Of a stretch of DNA of 64,000 bases, positions 1 to 6,707 are shown piece after piece. Source of the DNA: Bacteroidota bacterium (GTDB taxonomy: Bacteria > Bacteroidota > Bacteroidia > NS11-12g > UBA955); contig JAURGZ010000003.1 in the NCBI GenBank assembly GCA_030833525.1, forward strand, positions 4,324-68,323, written 5' to 3'. Positions within the stretch are counted from its first letter, which is position 1. The number at the start of each line of letters is the position of its first letter. Below the pieces are notes generated by a model that had not been told where the DNA came from, did not search any database, and worked only from the letters and a program-made list of their open reading frames with translations. The position numbers and the translations under genes were made by a program.

Positions 1-87
1 GTCGAAATAGGCATTCAAACGCTCGTAGGCTTGCTCATCGATGGGAAATACGAAGCCTTGTATGTTGGCTTTGATAATTTTATTCAT
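1..87 (-). CDS. PspC-domain-like membrane protein, N-terminal fragment (gene continues beyond the left edge)
   Basis: A reverse-strand ATG at 87-85 opens a frame that runs off the window: MNKIIKANIQGFVFPIDEQAYERLNAYFD. This N-terminal pattern is typical of the PspC-domain proteins that follow padR in Bacteroidota. Only 29 codons are visible. Confidence 0.4.
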   Translation of the reverse strand, partial: MNKIIKANIQGFVFPIDEQAYERLNAYFD

Positions 88-90
88 GGT

Positions 91-429
91 TCAGTTCACT
101 TTTGAAGGGTTGGTGATGTGGCTTACGGCCGTGCGCAATTCGATCCAGGTTTGGTCCAGGCCTGTCAAAAAGACCTCTCCTTCTGGGGTTAATGAGTAAT
201 ACTTTCGGGGTGGACCGGCAGCCGATTCCTCCCATTTGTACTGCAGCAATCCCGTATTTTTCAATCGGGTCAACAGCGGATAAAGAGTACCCTCAACCAC
301 AATCAAGCGCGCTTTCTTCAACTGTTCTATGATATCAGAAGCATAGCACTCTTTGCGCGAAATCACCTGCAGAATGCAGTACTCCAAGATTCCTTTGCGC
401 ATTTGCTGCCGCGAATTTTCCAAATCCAT
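91..429 (-). CDS. PadR family transcriptional regulator
   Basis: 112 aa. Winged-helix signature GILEYCILQVIS..ECYASDIIEQL......EGTLYPLLTRLKNTGLL...WEES..GPPRKYYSLTPEG. Confidence 0.85.
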   Translation of the reverse strand: MDLENSRQQMRKGILEYCILQVISRKECYASDIIEQLKKARLIVVEGTLYPLLTRLKNTGLLQYKWEESAAGPPRKYYSLTPEGEVFLTGLDQTWIELRTAVSHITNPSKVN

Positions 430-433
430 GAAG

Positions 434-441
434 CAAAATTA
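434..441 (-). promoter_or_regulatory. Bacteroidota-type -7 box (TAATTTTG) for padR, 4 nt upstream of the ATG
   Basis: The reverse strand reads TAATTTTG-cttc-ATG and matches TAnnTTTG. Confidence 0.4.
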
Positions 442-450
442 GGCATTGCA

Positions 451-475
451 ATAGTACTATGCAATACAAAGTACT
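451..475. promoter_or_regulatory. Candidate PadR operator: 10-bp perfect palindrome ATAGTACTAT plus a second AGTACT hexamer
   Basis: ATAGTACTAT (451-460) is self-complementary and flanked by direct TGCAAT repeats. AGTACT recurs at 470-475. The site lies 10-19 nt upstream of the padR -7 box, in the promoter spacer. Confidence 0.3.
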
Positions 476-527
476 GTTTAATGACATTTATTTTCACATT
501 GGTTTTGGCATAGCATTTGATGCAAAA

Positions 528-920
528 ATGCAGTTCATGAAACCTTGGTTCCTTTTTGGGTTGGCTTGGTTTTGCTTCATATCCATGGGGCAAGCCCAAA
601 AACACGTAGATGCCAATGCCTTCACCCAGCATCCGGAACAATTCAACAACCAAGTTGTCAAAATCTCGAACATCATCTTGATCAAGCCCTCTTCGAGGGA
701 CCCGCAGTATGCCCAATCGTTTCAAGATTGCCCCAAAGGATACACACCCATCGTCGTTCAGTTCCCAGACCTTGGCTTCAAAGGCCGTTTCATGATTCAC
801 CAGAATCTGGCTAGCACGTTTGCCGAAAACCAACACATCATGGCCGATGTGGTGATTGAGGTAAATCTCAACGGTCCCCGCATGTTCAATGTGGTCACCT
901 ACGTCGCCCCCAGGCCCTGA
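528..920 (+). CDS. Hypothetical secreted protein
   Basis: The internal ATG at 528 gives MQFMKPWFLFGLAWFCFISMGQAQ, a signal-peptide-like N-terminus. I recognise no family. The upstream part of the 459 ORF looks non-coding. Confidence 0.4.
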   Translation: MQFMKPWFLFGLAWFCFISMGQAQKHVDANAFTQHPEQFNNQVVKISNIILIKPSSRDPQYAQSFQDCPKGYTPIVVQFPDLGFKGRFMIHQNLASTFAENQHIMADVVIEVNLNGPRMFNVVTYVAPRP

Positions 921-937
921 ATCTGAGCGATAGTGCT

Positions 938-945
938 TACCTTCG
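938..945 (+). promoter_or_regulatory. Near-consensus -7 box (TACCTTCG), 6 nt upstream of the ATG at 952
   Basis: TAnnTTCG variant of TAnnTTTG. The same variant and spacing occur before recG, GT9 and the 49542 methyltransferase. Confidence 0.3.
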
Positions 946-951
946 CTTTAC

Positions 952-1584
952 ATGAGAAAATCAGCCGCGTTGGCCTTGTGCCTCCTTGTTCAAATGACCG
1001 CATGGGGGCAACTGCAATTGTCTTTCATTCAAGCTAACAACCAATCGATGGCCTCCATTCCCCGCTACGGTTTGGATTTTCCTTTCATCAAGAATCTGCA
1101 CAAAGCCAACCTGCATGCAGGTTTGAACATTCGAAATCAGGGAATCATTTTTGATCAAGAAAGCAGCACCCTGGCGGGAAGCATGGATCGAATTAAATTT
1201 CGGGCTTATTCACTCAGTCCAGAGTTCAAATACAAAGCCAAGTTGGGCAAGTTGGGCGTTGAAATTGGAGGCGGGCTTGATTGGTATTTCCACTACAAAC
1301 AGAAACGATTTGAGGGTGGAGAACGCAGTCAAAAGAGCATCGAATTCGCCCAGTGGATTCCCAATCCAGGGGTCTCCAACTCAAACCGCGTCAACCAGTT
1401 CAATCCCTATGCTCGGGTAGCCATAGGCAAGCGCAAAGGCATGGGCATTTATGCTGAATACTACTTTTTAAAAGATTTTCTCAATAGCGACTTTTCTTAC
1501 ATCAACGATGTAGGCTTGACTGTCAAACCCTATGAAGGATGGAAAACGCAAAGGCTGAATCTCGGCATTTGGGTTTCTTTATAA
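952..1584 (+). CDS. Hypothetical outer-membrane beta-barrel-like protein
   Basis: Signal peptide MRKSAALALCLLVQMTAWGQ. The rest has alternating aromatic/hydrophobic beta-strand-like composition. No family assignment. Confidence 0.45.
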   Translation: MRKSAALALCLLVQMTAWGQLQLSFIQANNQSMASIPRYGLDFPFIKNLHKANLHAGLNIRNQGIIFDQESSTLAGSMDRIKFRAYSLSPEFKYKAKLGKLGVEIGGGLDWYFHYKQKRFEGGERSQKSIEFAQWIPNPGVSNSNRVNQFNPYARVAIGKRKGMGIYAEYYFLKDFLNSDFSYINDVGLTVKPYEGWKTQRLNLGIWVSL

Positions 1585-1585
1585 C

Positions 1586-3790
1586 ATGGAACACGCCTCT
1601 GCCTCTGAACTGGCATTTGACTGGATTGAGCATACCCGCAAGAGTTTGTTCCTGACGGGCGAGGCAGGCACAGGCAAAACCACATTCCTGAAGCGCGTTG
1701 TTCGCGAGACCCACAAAAAAACCGCTGTCGTAGCTCCCACAGGAGTGGCAGCCATCAACGCCGGTGGCAGCACCTTGCACAGCCTATTCGGCCTACCCAC
1801 CCGCATGTTTGTTCCAACCTACGACGGCGTGGACCCTAACCAAGCCCAAAACATCCCCATGATGTTGGGTCATTTTCACTATTCAAAAGCCAAGTTGGAG
1901 CTGTTGCAAAACTTGGAATTGCTGGTCATTGATGAAATATCAATGGTTCGCTGCGATTTGCTGGATGCCGTTGATTTGGCGCTGAAAACCGCTCGGCGCA
2001 CCCAACTGCCCTTCGGTGGCGTTCAATTGCTGATGATTGGCGATCTGTTTCAATTGCCCCCCGTTGTCAAACAAGAAGAAGGTGTGTTGCTCAACCAGCA
2101 TTACTCAAGCCCCTATTTCTTTTCAGCACACTGTTTCCAAGCCTTGGGGGCGGCGACTATAGAATTGACTGAAATTCACCGTCAGCGAGATCGATCTTTC
2201 ATTCAACTGTTGAACAACGTGCGTCATGCTCAATTGGACTATGATGACTACGAATTTCTCAACAGTCGCTTGCAACCCGAATTCGAGCCCGATGATGCAG
2301 AAGGCTGGGTTACCCTGTGCAGCCACAACGCGATGGCCCAGTCCATCAACCAGCAAAAACTCAATGATCTTCCTGGACATCTGTATAGCCATAGGGCTGA
2401 GATCAAAGGCAATTTTGTAGAGAGCCAATACCCCACCGATGTTGACCTGGACCTGAAGAAAGGGGCACAAATCATGTTTGTCAAAAATGACAGCACGGGC
2501 GAGGGTCGCTACTACAATGGCAAATTGGGCATCATTGAACGCTTTGAGACCGACAAAATCGCCGTGCGTTTTACCGAGAACAATCGGGTGATTGAAGTGG
2601 AACGCGAAAAGTGGCAAAATCTTAAATACGAATACGACGCAGGCCAAGACAGCGTCAGCCAAAGCGAATTGGGCTCCTTTCTTCAATTCCCGCTTCGCTT
2701 AGCTTGGGCCATAACCATACACAAAAGCCAAGGCTTAACCCTGGATCGCGTTGTCATTGATGCGGGTAGGAGTTTTGCTCCGGGTCAAGTGTATGTAGCC
2801 TTGAGTCGCTGCCGGAGTTTTGAAGGCATTGTATTGAAAACCCCCATCCAGAATCGAAACTTGATGGTAGACGAACGCTGCGTTGAATTTTTAGATGCTC
2901 GCAGCAAATCCCAAGTTTTGCTTCGCGAAATACAATGGGCCAAACAGGAATATGCCTTGGATCGATTGAAACGGTTTTTCGACTTAATGCCCCTTCGCGA
3001 CCATTTAGCCGAAAAATTGGCAAAGACCCAAAAATCGGGGCGATCCAAATCGGCTAAAAATCAACGGGCCTGGCCCTTAGAATGGACCCAACATTTGCAA
3101 AAAGGGATTATTCAATTGAATGAATGGCAAGACATTGCGCGTAAATTCAACCACAAACTCAATCGCTTGTACCAACAGGTAGATGCATCAGCTCCAACCG
3201 ATCACTATGCCCAAGCCTTGACCACAGACTGCACCAAAGCGGCTGAATGGTTCATTGGTCAAATGATTGAAAAATGCATGGCCCCCCTTTCAACACACAT
3301 GGAAATGTGGGTGGTAAAAAGCGGTTCAAAAACTTGGCACAAAGAAGCCGAAGCCCTTCAGCAGGTGTATTGGGCTAAAATACTGCAATGGCAATCGATT
3401 CAATTCTTGGGAATCCCATTGTATCAGGGTAAAAATTGGGAAAGACCAATTGTTGAACCCCTGCTTAACCCCATAGAGGCTGAAGCTAGAGAGCGCATAA
3501 GCGACAGCATCTTTACCACCTATCTTCAATTCAAAGAAAATCCCAACATTGATCAATTGGCCACCTTGCGGGATTTGTCAACTAGCACCATTGAAAGCCA
3601 CCTAGCTAGGCTCATTTTCGAAGGGCTGATTGCCGTAGAATCTCTCTTGCCCCCAGAAGATATTGAAACACTAGTCACGGCCTTTAAACAGGCCGATAAC
3701 AGCAGCGTTTCTCACATCAAAGGAATGGTTGACAAGCGTTTTACCTTTGGACAATTGCAATGGATCAAAGCGCATTTGAAATTGCAATAG
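1586..3790 (+). CDS. Pif1/RecD-like superfamily 1 DNA helicase with a long C-terminal extension ending in an HTH-like domain
   Basis: Walker A LTGEAGTGKTTF; VAPTGVAAINAGGSTLHSLFGLP; Walker B LVIDEISMV; GGVQLLMIGDLFQLPPV; C-terminal ITIHKSQGLTLD and YVALSRCRS. About 280 further residues end in DQLATLRDLSTSTIESHLARLI. Confidence 0.85.
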   Translation: MEHASASELAFDWIEHTRKSLFLTGEAGTGKTTFLKRVVRETHKKTAVVAPTGVAAINAGGSTLHSLFGLPTRMFVPTYDGVDPNQAQNIPMMLGHFHYSKAKLELLQNLELLVIDEISMVRCDLLDAVDLALKTARRTQLPFGGVQLLMIGDLFQLPPVVKQEEGVLLNQHYSSPYFFSAHCFQALGAATIELTEIHRQRDRSFIQLLNNVRHAQLDYDDYEFLNSRLQPEFEPDDAEGWVTLCSHNAMAQSINQQKLNDLPGHLYSHRAEIKGNFVESQYPTDVDLDLKKGAQIMFVKNDSTGEGRYYNGKLGIIERFETDKIAVRFTENNRVIEVEREKWQNLKYEYDAGQDSVSQSELGSFLQFPLRLAWAITIHKSQGLTLDRVVIDAGRSFAPGQVYVALSRCRSFEGIVLKTPIQNRNLMVDERCVEFLDARSKSQVLLREIQWAKQEYALDRLKRFFDLMPLRDHLAEKLAKTQKSGRSKSAKNQRAWPLEWTQHLQKGIIQLNEWQDIARKFNHKLNRLYQQVDASAPTDHYAQALTTDCTKAAEWFIGQMIEKCMAPLSTHMEMWVVKSGSKTWHKEAEALQQVYWAKILQWQSIQFLGIPLYQGKNWERPIVEPLLNPIEAEARERISDSIFTTYLQFKENPNIDQLATLRDLSTSTIESHLARLIFEGLIAVESLLPPEDIETLVTAFKQADNSSVSHIKGMVDKRFTFGQLQWIKAHLKLQ

Positions 3791-3830
3791 CATGAAATTC
3801 AATTGATTGAATTTTTTAATGTTTTTTTTT

Positions 3831-3852
3831 GGGGGATACGACTCCCCTTTTG
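3831..3852 (+). terminator. Weak intrinsic terminator after the helicase gene
   Basis: GGGGA-tacgac-TCCCC hairpin followed by TTTTG and preceded by a T9 run. Confidence 0.45.
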
Positions 3853-3884
3853 TGTTTCTACTAACAACCTAGTAGAACACAACA

Positions 3885-4001
3885 ATGAAAAACATGATCT
3901 TGATAGTAATCATAGCAATTTTACTTACGGCCTGCGGTACACCAAAGTCTTGCAGTCCTCAGCGAAAGAAATATTATCACGGTGCTTTCCTTCAATTTTG
4001 A
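3885..4001 (+). CDS. Putative 38-aa lipoprotein (below the ORF-track size cut-off)
   Basis: MKNMILIVIIAILLTACGTPKSCSPQRKKYYHGAFLQF has an n-region, a hydrophobic core and the lipobox L-T-A-C. It sits between two terminators (3831-3852 and 4035-4059). I found no -7 box upstream. Confidence 0.35.
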   Translation: MKNMILIVIIAILLTACGTPKSCSPQRKKYYHGAFLQF

Positions 4002-4034
4002 CGTTCTTAAAGTAGTTGTTGTTTCATAGAACAG

Positions 4035-4059
4035 AAAAGGGCCCTCGGGCCCTTTTTTG
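4035..4059 (+). terminator. Intrinsic terminator
   Basis: AAAAGGGCCC-tc-GGGCCCTTTTTT: GC-rich hairpin plus a T-run. Confidence 0.7.
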
Positions 4060-4151
4060 TTATTCCAGCCCTACGCCAAGGCCCTCTTGAATGCGGCTTG
4101 CAATGGTACAAGAAATAATGACCCCTGTCGAAAAATGTAAAATTGAATTCT

Positions 4152-4159
4152 TACCTTTG
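4152..4159 (+). promoter_or_regulatory. -7 box (TACCTTTG) for the tRNA-Arg/tRNA-Pro transcript
   Basis: Matches TAnnTTTG, 13 nt upstream of tRNA-Arg position 1. It shares the extended TTTGCACC with the tRNA(CAT) promoter at 46769. Confidence 0.4.
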
Positions 4160-4172
4160 CACCGCCCCTAGG

Positions 4173-4246
4173 GACCCCATAGCTCAGCTGGATAGAGCAT
4201 CTGCCTTCTAAGCAGACGGTCACAGGTTCGAGTCCTGTTGGGGTCG
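4173..4246 (+). tRNA. tRNA-Arg (anticodon TCT)
   Basis: Cloverleaf by hand: acceptor GACCCCA/TGGGGTC, D arm GCTC-AGCTGGATA-GAGC, anticodon arm TCTGC-CTTCTAA-GCAGA, T arm ACAGG-TTCGAGT-CCTGT, discriminator G. Confidence 0.9.
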
Positions 4247-4253
4247 CAGATTG

Positions 4254-4330
<77 letters not shown>

Positions 4331-4333
4331 AAA

Positions 4334-4360
4334 CCTTGGAGAAATCCAGGGTTTTTTTTT
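4334..4360 (+). terminator. Intrinsic terminator after the tRNA pair
   Basis: CCTTGGA-gaaa-TCCAGGG hairpin (one G-T pair) followed by T9. Confidence 0.6.
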
Positions 4361-4378
4361 GCCCATCGAGGGCTGGAT

Positions 4379-4386
4379 TACCTTTG
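4379..4386 (+). promoter_or_regulatory. -7 box (TACCTTTG), 9 nt upstream of the LMW-PTP ATG
   Basis: Matches TAnnTTTG and supports the 4396 start. Confidence 0.4.
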
Positions 4387-4395
4387 CCTAGAACC

Positions 4396-4866
4396 ATGAA
4401 GATTTTGTTCGTTTGTTTGGGAAACATTTGCCGAAGCCCCTTGGCTGAAGGATTGTTTCAATGGCATGCCCAACAGCAAGGGTTAGCCGATAGATTCACC
4501 GTCGACTCATGCGGCACGAATGGCTTGCACAACGGAGAGCTGCCCGATACCCGCACCCGTAAAAATGCATTGAGCCATGGTCTGCAATTGGAACACCGCA
4601 GTCGACAGATTCAACAGCAAGATTTTGCTGAGTTTGATCGTATTTTAGTGATGGACGAACAGAATGTAACGACCGTAAAAAATTTATGTCCAGAGGCCTT
4701 TCGATATAAAATTCACAAAATGCGAGAATTGGATCCTATTGCCCCCCATGCTGATGTGCAAGACCCTTGGTACGGCGGTGAAGAAGGGTTTGAAACCACC
4801 TTTCAAACCCTGGATCGATGCGCGAAAGCGTGGCTGTTTCACCTAGTGTCCAACGTGGATAACTGA
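4396..4866 (+). CDS. Low-molecular-weight protein-tyrosine phosphatase
   Basis: MKILFVCLGNICRSPLAEG is the CX5R(S) P-loop at the N-terminus. The DP acid motif (DVQDPWYG) lies near the C-terminus. The ORF-track start at 4336 lies inside the tRNA terminator. Confidence 0.85.
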   Translation: MKILFVCLGNICRSPLAEGLFQWHAQQQGLADRFTVDSCGTNGLHNGELPDTRTRKNALSHGLQLEHRSRQIQQQDFAEFDRILVMDEQNVTTVKNLCPEAFRYKIHKMRELDPIAPHADVQDPWYGGEEGFETTFQTLDRCAKAWLFHLVSNVDN

Positions 4867-4891
4867 GACTTAAACAGCCTGAAACAAGGGC

Positions 4892-4899
4892 TAATTTTG
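4892..4899 (+). promoter_or_regulatory. -7 box (TAATTTTG), 8 nt upstream of the GT2 ATG
   Basis: Matches TAnnTTTG. Confidence 0.35.
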
Positions 4900-4907
4900 G
4901 CTCTTGC

Positions 4908-6077
4908 ATGGAATTCTTAATGGATCCTGAATTTTGGGTTGCCTCAGCTTCTTGGAACCCCATAGAACTAAAGCCTTTGTTGGTCTTTTTGTTTGCATTG
5001 GCCCTGTTACTGACGTGGTTGATACTGGTTGTTCACCGAGTTAGAATACCTCGAACTAGCCCATCAGATTCACCTGCGCCTCTAGGCCCCTTGCCTCCCA
5101 TTTCTTTGGTTGTATCGGCTCACAACGAACGAGAAAACCTCAAACAGAATTTAGATGCTTGGCTCGGCCAGGATTACCCTGATTTTGAAGTGGTAGTCAT
5201 CGACGATCGAAGCACCGATGAAAGCCATTTGGTCTTGCTGCAAAAGCAACAAGAAAATCACAAGTTGCAAGTAGTCTATCTTGATCCCGATTATGTGAAG
5301 AATGGTGGCAAGAAACTAGCCCTTACCCTGGGATTTAAAAAAGCCAAACACGCTCACTTGGTGCTGTGTGATGCCGATTGCAAGCCCTCATCAGACCAGT
5401 GGCTGAAGCATATGGCTGCGGCTTTTCAACCGGGAATTGAAATGGTCATCGCGTCTTCTCCTTTGATCGTTAAAAAGGGATTTTTGGGTGGAGTCATTCA
5501 CTTTGAAACGCTGCTGACCCATTTGCATTTCTTAGGCTGGGCCCTGCGAAACAAACCATACATGGGCCTGGGGCGCAACTTGGCTTATCTGCGCACAGCC
5601 TATGACCGTGTGGGTGGGTTTTCTCAACACCATCACATTCCTGCAGGAGACGACGATTTATTCGTGCAATCTGCCGCCACGGCTACAAACACGGCCATCG
5701 TTCTAAACGCTGAGGCCTTCACCTTCAGTCCTGGAGCTCAAAACTGGAAAGCCTACACCAAACAAAAAATCAGGCATTTATGGGTAGGAAAATTATACCC
5801 CGGTCAGGTGAAGCGAAATCTCAGCTTATTTCCGTTCACGCTGCTCGCTCTGCTGGCGTCTTGGATTTATTGGTGGGTACAAACCAGCGCCTGGATATAC
5901 CCCGCACTGGCTACTGCATTGCCTTTGATTGTGCTCTGGATCGTATTGCACAGAAAGGGCAAACAATTGCAAATGAACCAATTCTCTGCCCTATTCCCCC
6001 TTCATTTGATTTTCTATGGGCTGTGGTATTTGTACATGGGAATACGGGTGTTTTTTACAAAAAGAATTTTATGGTAG
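4908..6077 (+). CDS. Membrane-bound glycosyltransferase family 2 protein
   Basis: N-terminal TM helix, ISLVVSAHNERENL, VVVIDDRSTDES, the DxD-like CDADC, and several C-terminal TM helices. Confidence 0.75.
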   Translation: MEFLMDPEFWVASASWNPIELKPLLVFLFALALLLTWLILVVHRVRIPRTSPSDSPAPLGPLPPISLVVSAHNERENLKQNLDAWLGQDYPDFEVVVIDDRSTDESHLVLLQKQQENHKLQVVYLDPDYVKNGGKKLALTLGFKKAKHAHLVLCDADCKPSSDQWLKHMAAAFQPGIEMVIASSPLIVKKGFLGGVIHFETLLTHLHFLGWALRNKPYMGLGRNLAYLRTAYDRVGGFSQHHHIPAGDDDLFVQSAATATNTAIVLNAEAFTFSPGAQNWKAYTKQKIRHLWVGKLYPGQVKRNLSLFPFTLLALLASWIYWWVQTSAWIYPALATALPLIVLWIVLHRKGKQLQMNQFSALFPLHLIFYGLWYLYMGIRVFFTKRILW

Positions 6078-6694
6078 ACGCGAGCATTGTTTCCTCATTT
6101 TTTGAATTGACACCCTCTCAACAGGGTCAAATTCAACAACTCTACGAATTATACGCCTTTCACAATGCCCGTGTAAACGTCATTTCTCGAAAAGACATGG
6201 ACAATTTCTATGTCCACCACGTCTTGCATGGCTTAGCCCTAGGACATTATCATAAGTTCCATGCGGGAGAAGAAATCATTGACATAGGCACAGGCGGTGG
6301 TTTTCCTGGAATTCCCTTGGCCATTCTGTTTCCCGAAACCCAATTCGTACTCTGCGATTCGATTGGTAAAAAAATTCAGGTTGTTCAAGCCATAAGCGAT
6401 GCCTTGGGATTGAAAAATACCGAAGCCATACAATCGCGCACCGAAACCTTGAATCGCAAATTCGATGCCGCCACGGCCAGGGCCGTGGCGCCAGCACGAT
6501 CCCTTTTCACCTGGATGAAAGGTCAATTCAAAGGCAAGCCCCGCATGTATTTGCTCAAGGGTGGAGATTTGGATAGCGAAGCTCAGGACTTGATGCAATT
6601 GGCACCTCAAAGCCCATTGCGCATTCAGAACCTATCTGAAATTTACCCAGAAATGGAGTTTTTCGAAACGAAAAAACTGATGATGTTGGGCTAA
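6071..6694 (+). CDS. rsmG: 16S rRNA (guanine527-N7)-methyltransferase RsmG
   Basis: From MVDASIV: NVISRKDMDNFYVHHVLHGLAL, the SAM motif IIDIGTGGGFPGIPLAI, CDSIGKKI and ARAVAP. The ATG at 6071 overlaps the GT2 stop (ATGGTAG). The N-terminal 97 codons of the 5780 ORF are an out-of-frame overlap with GT2. Confidence 0.85.
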   Translation: MVDASIVSSFFELTPSQQGQIQQLYELYAFHNARVNVISRKDMDNFYVHHVLHGLALGHYHKFHAGEEIIDIGTGGGFPGIPLAILFPETQFVLCDSIGKKIQVVQAISDALGLKNTEAIQSRTETLNRKFDAATARAVAPARSLFTWMKGQFKGKPRMYLLKGGDLDSEAQDLMQLAPQSPLRIQNLSEIYPEMEFFETKKLMMLG

Positions 6695-6707
6695 TTAGCC
6701 CAACATC
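6682..6707. terminator. Perfect 26-bp palindrome spanning the abutting stops of rsmG and alaS; candidate bidirectional terminator
   Basis: GATGTTGGGCTAA|TTAGCCCAACATC, centred between 6694 and 6695. On the reverse strand it is followed by TCAGTTTTTTCG. Confidence 0.5.

Noticed and set aside
363-836. 157-aa reverse ORF overlapping padR and the 528-920 gene
   Set aside because: It overlaps the 5' part of the confident PadR gene out of frame and has no signal or family features. It is a likely shadow ORF.
3803-4015. 70-aa forward ORF from the track
   Set aside because: It is TTG-initiated, begins inside the helicase terminator and has no recognisable features. The alternative frame encoding a lipoprotein signal (3885-4001) explains the region better, though that too is tentative.
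5780-6070. N-terminal 97 codons of the 304-aa ORF containing rsmG
   Set aside because: This is an out-of-frame overlap with the well-supported GT2 gene. RsmG similarity begins only at the ATG at 6071.
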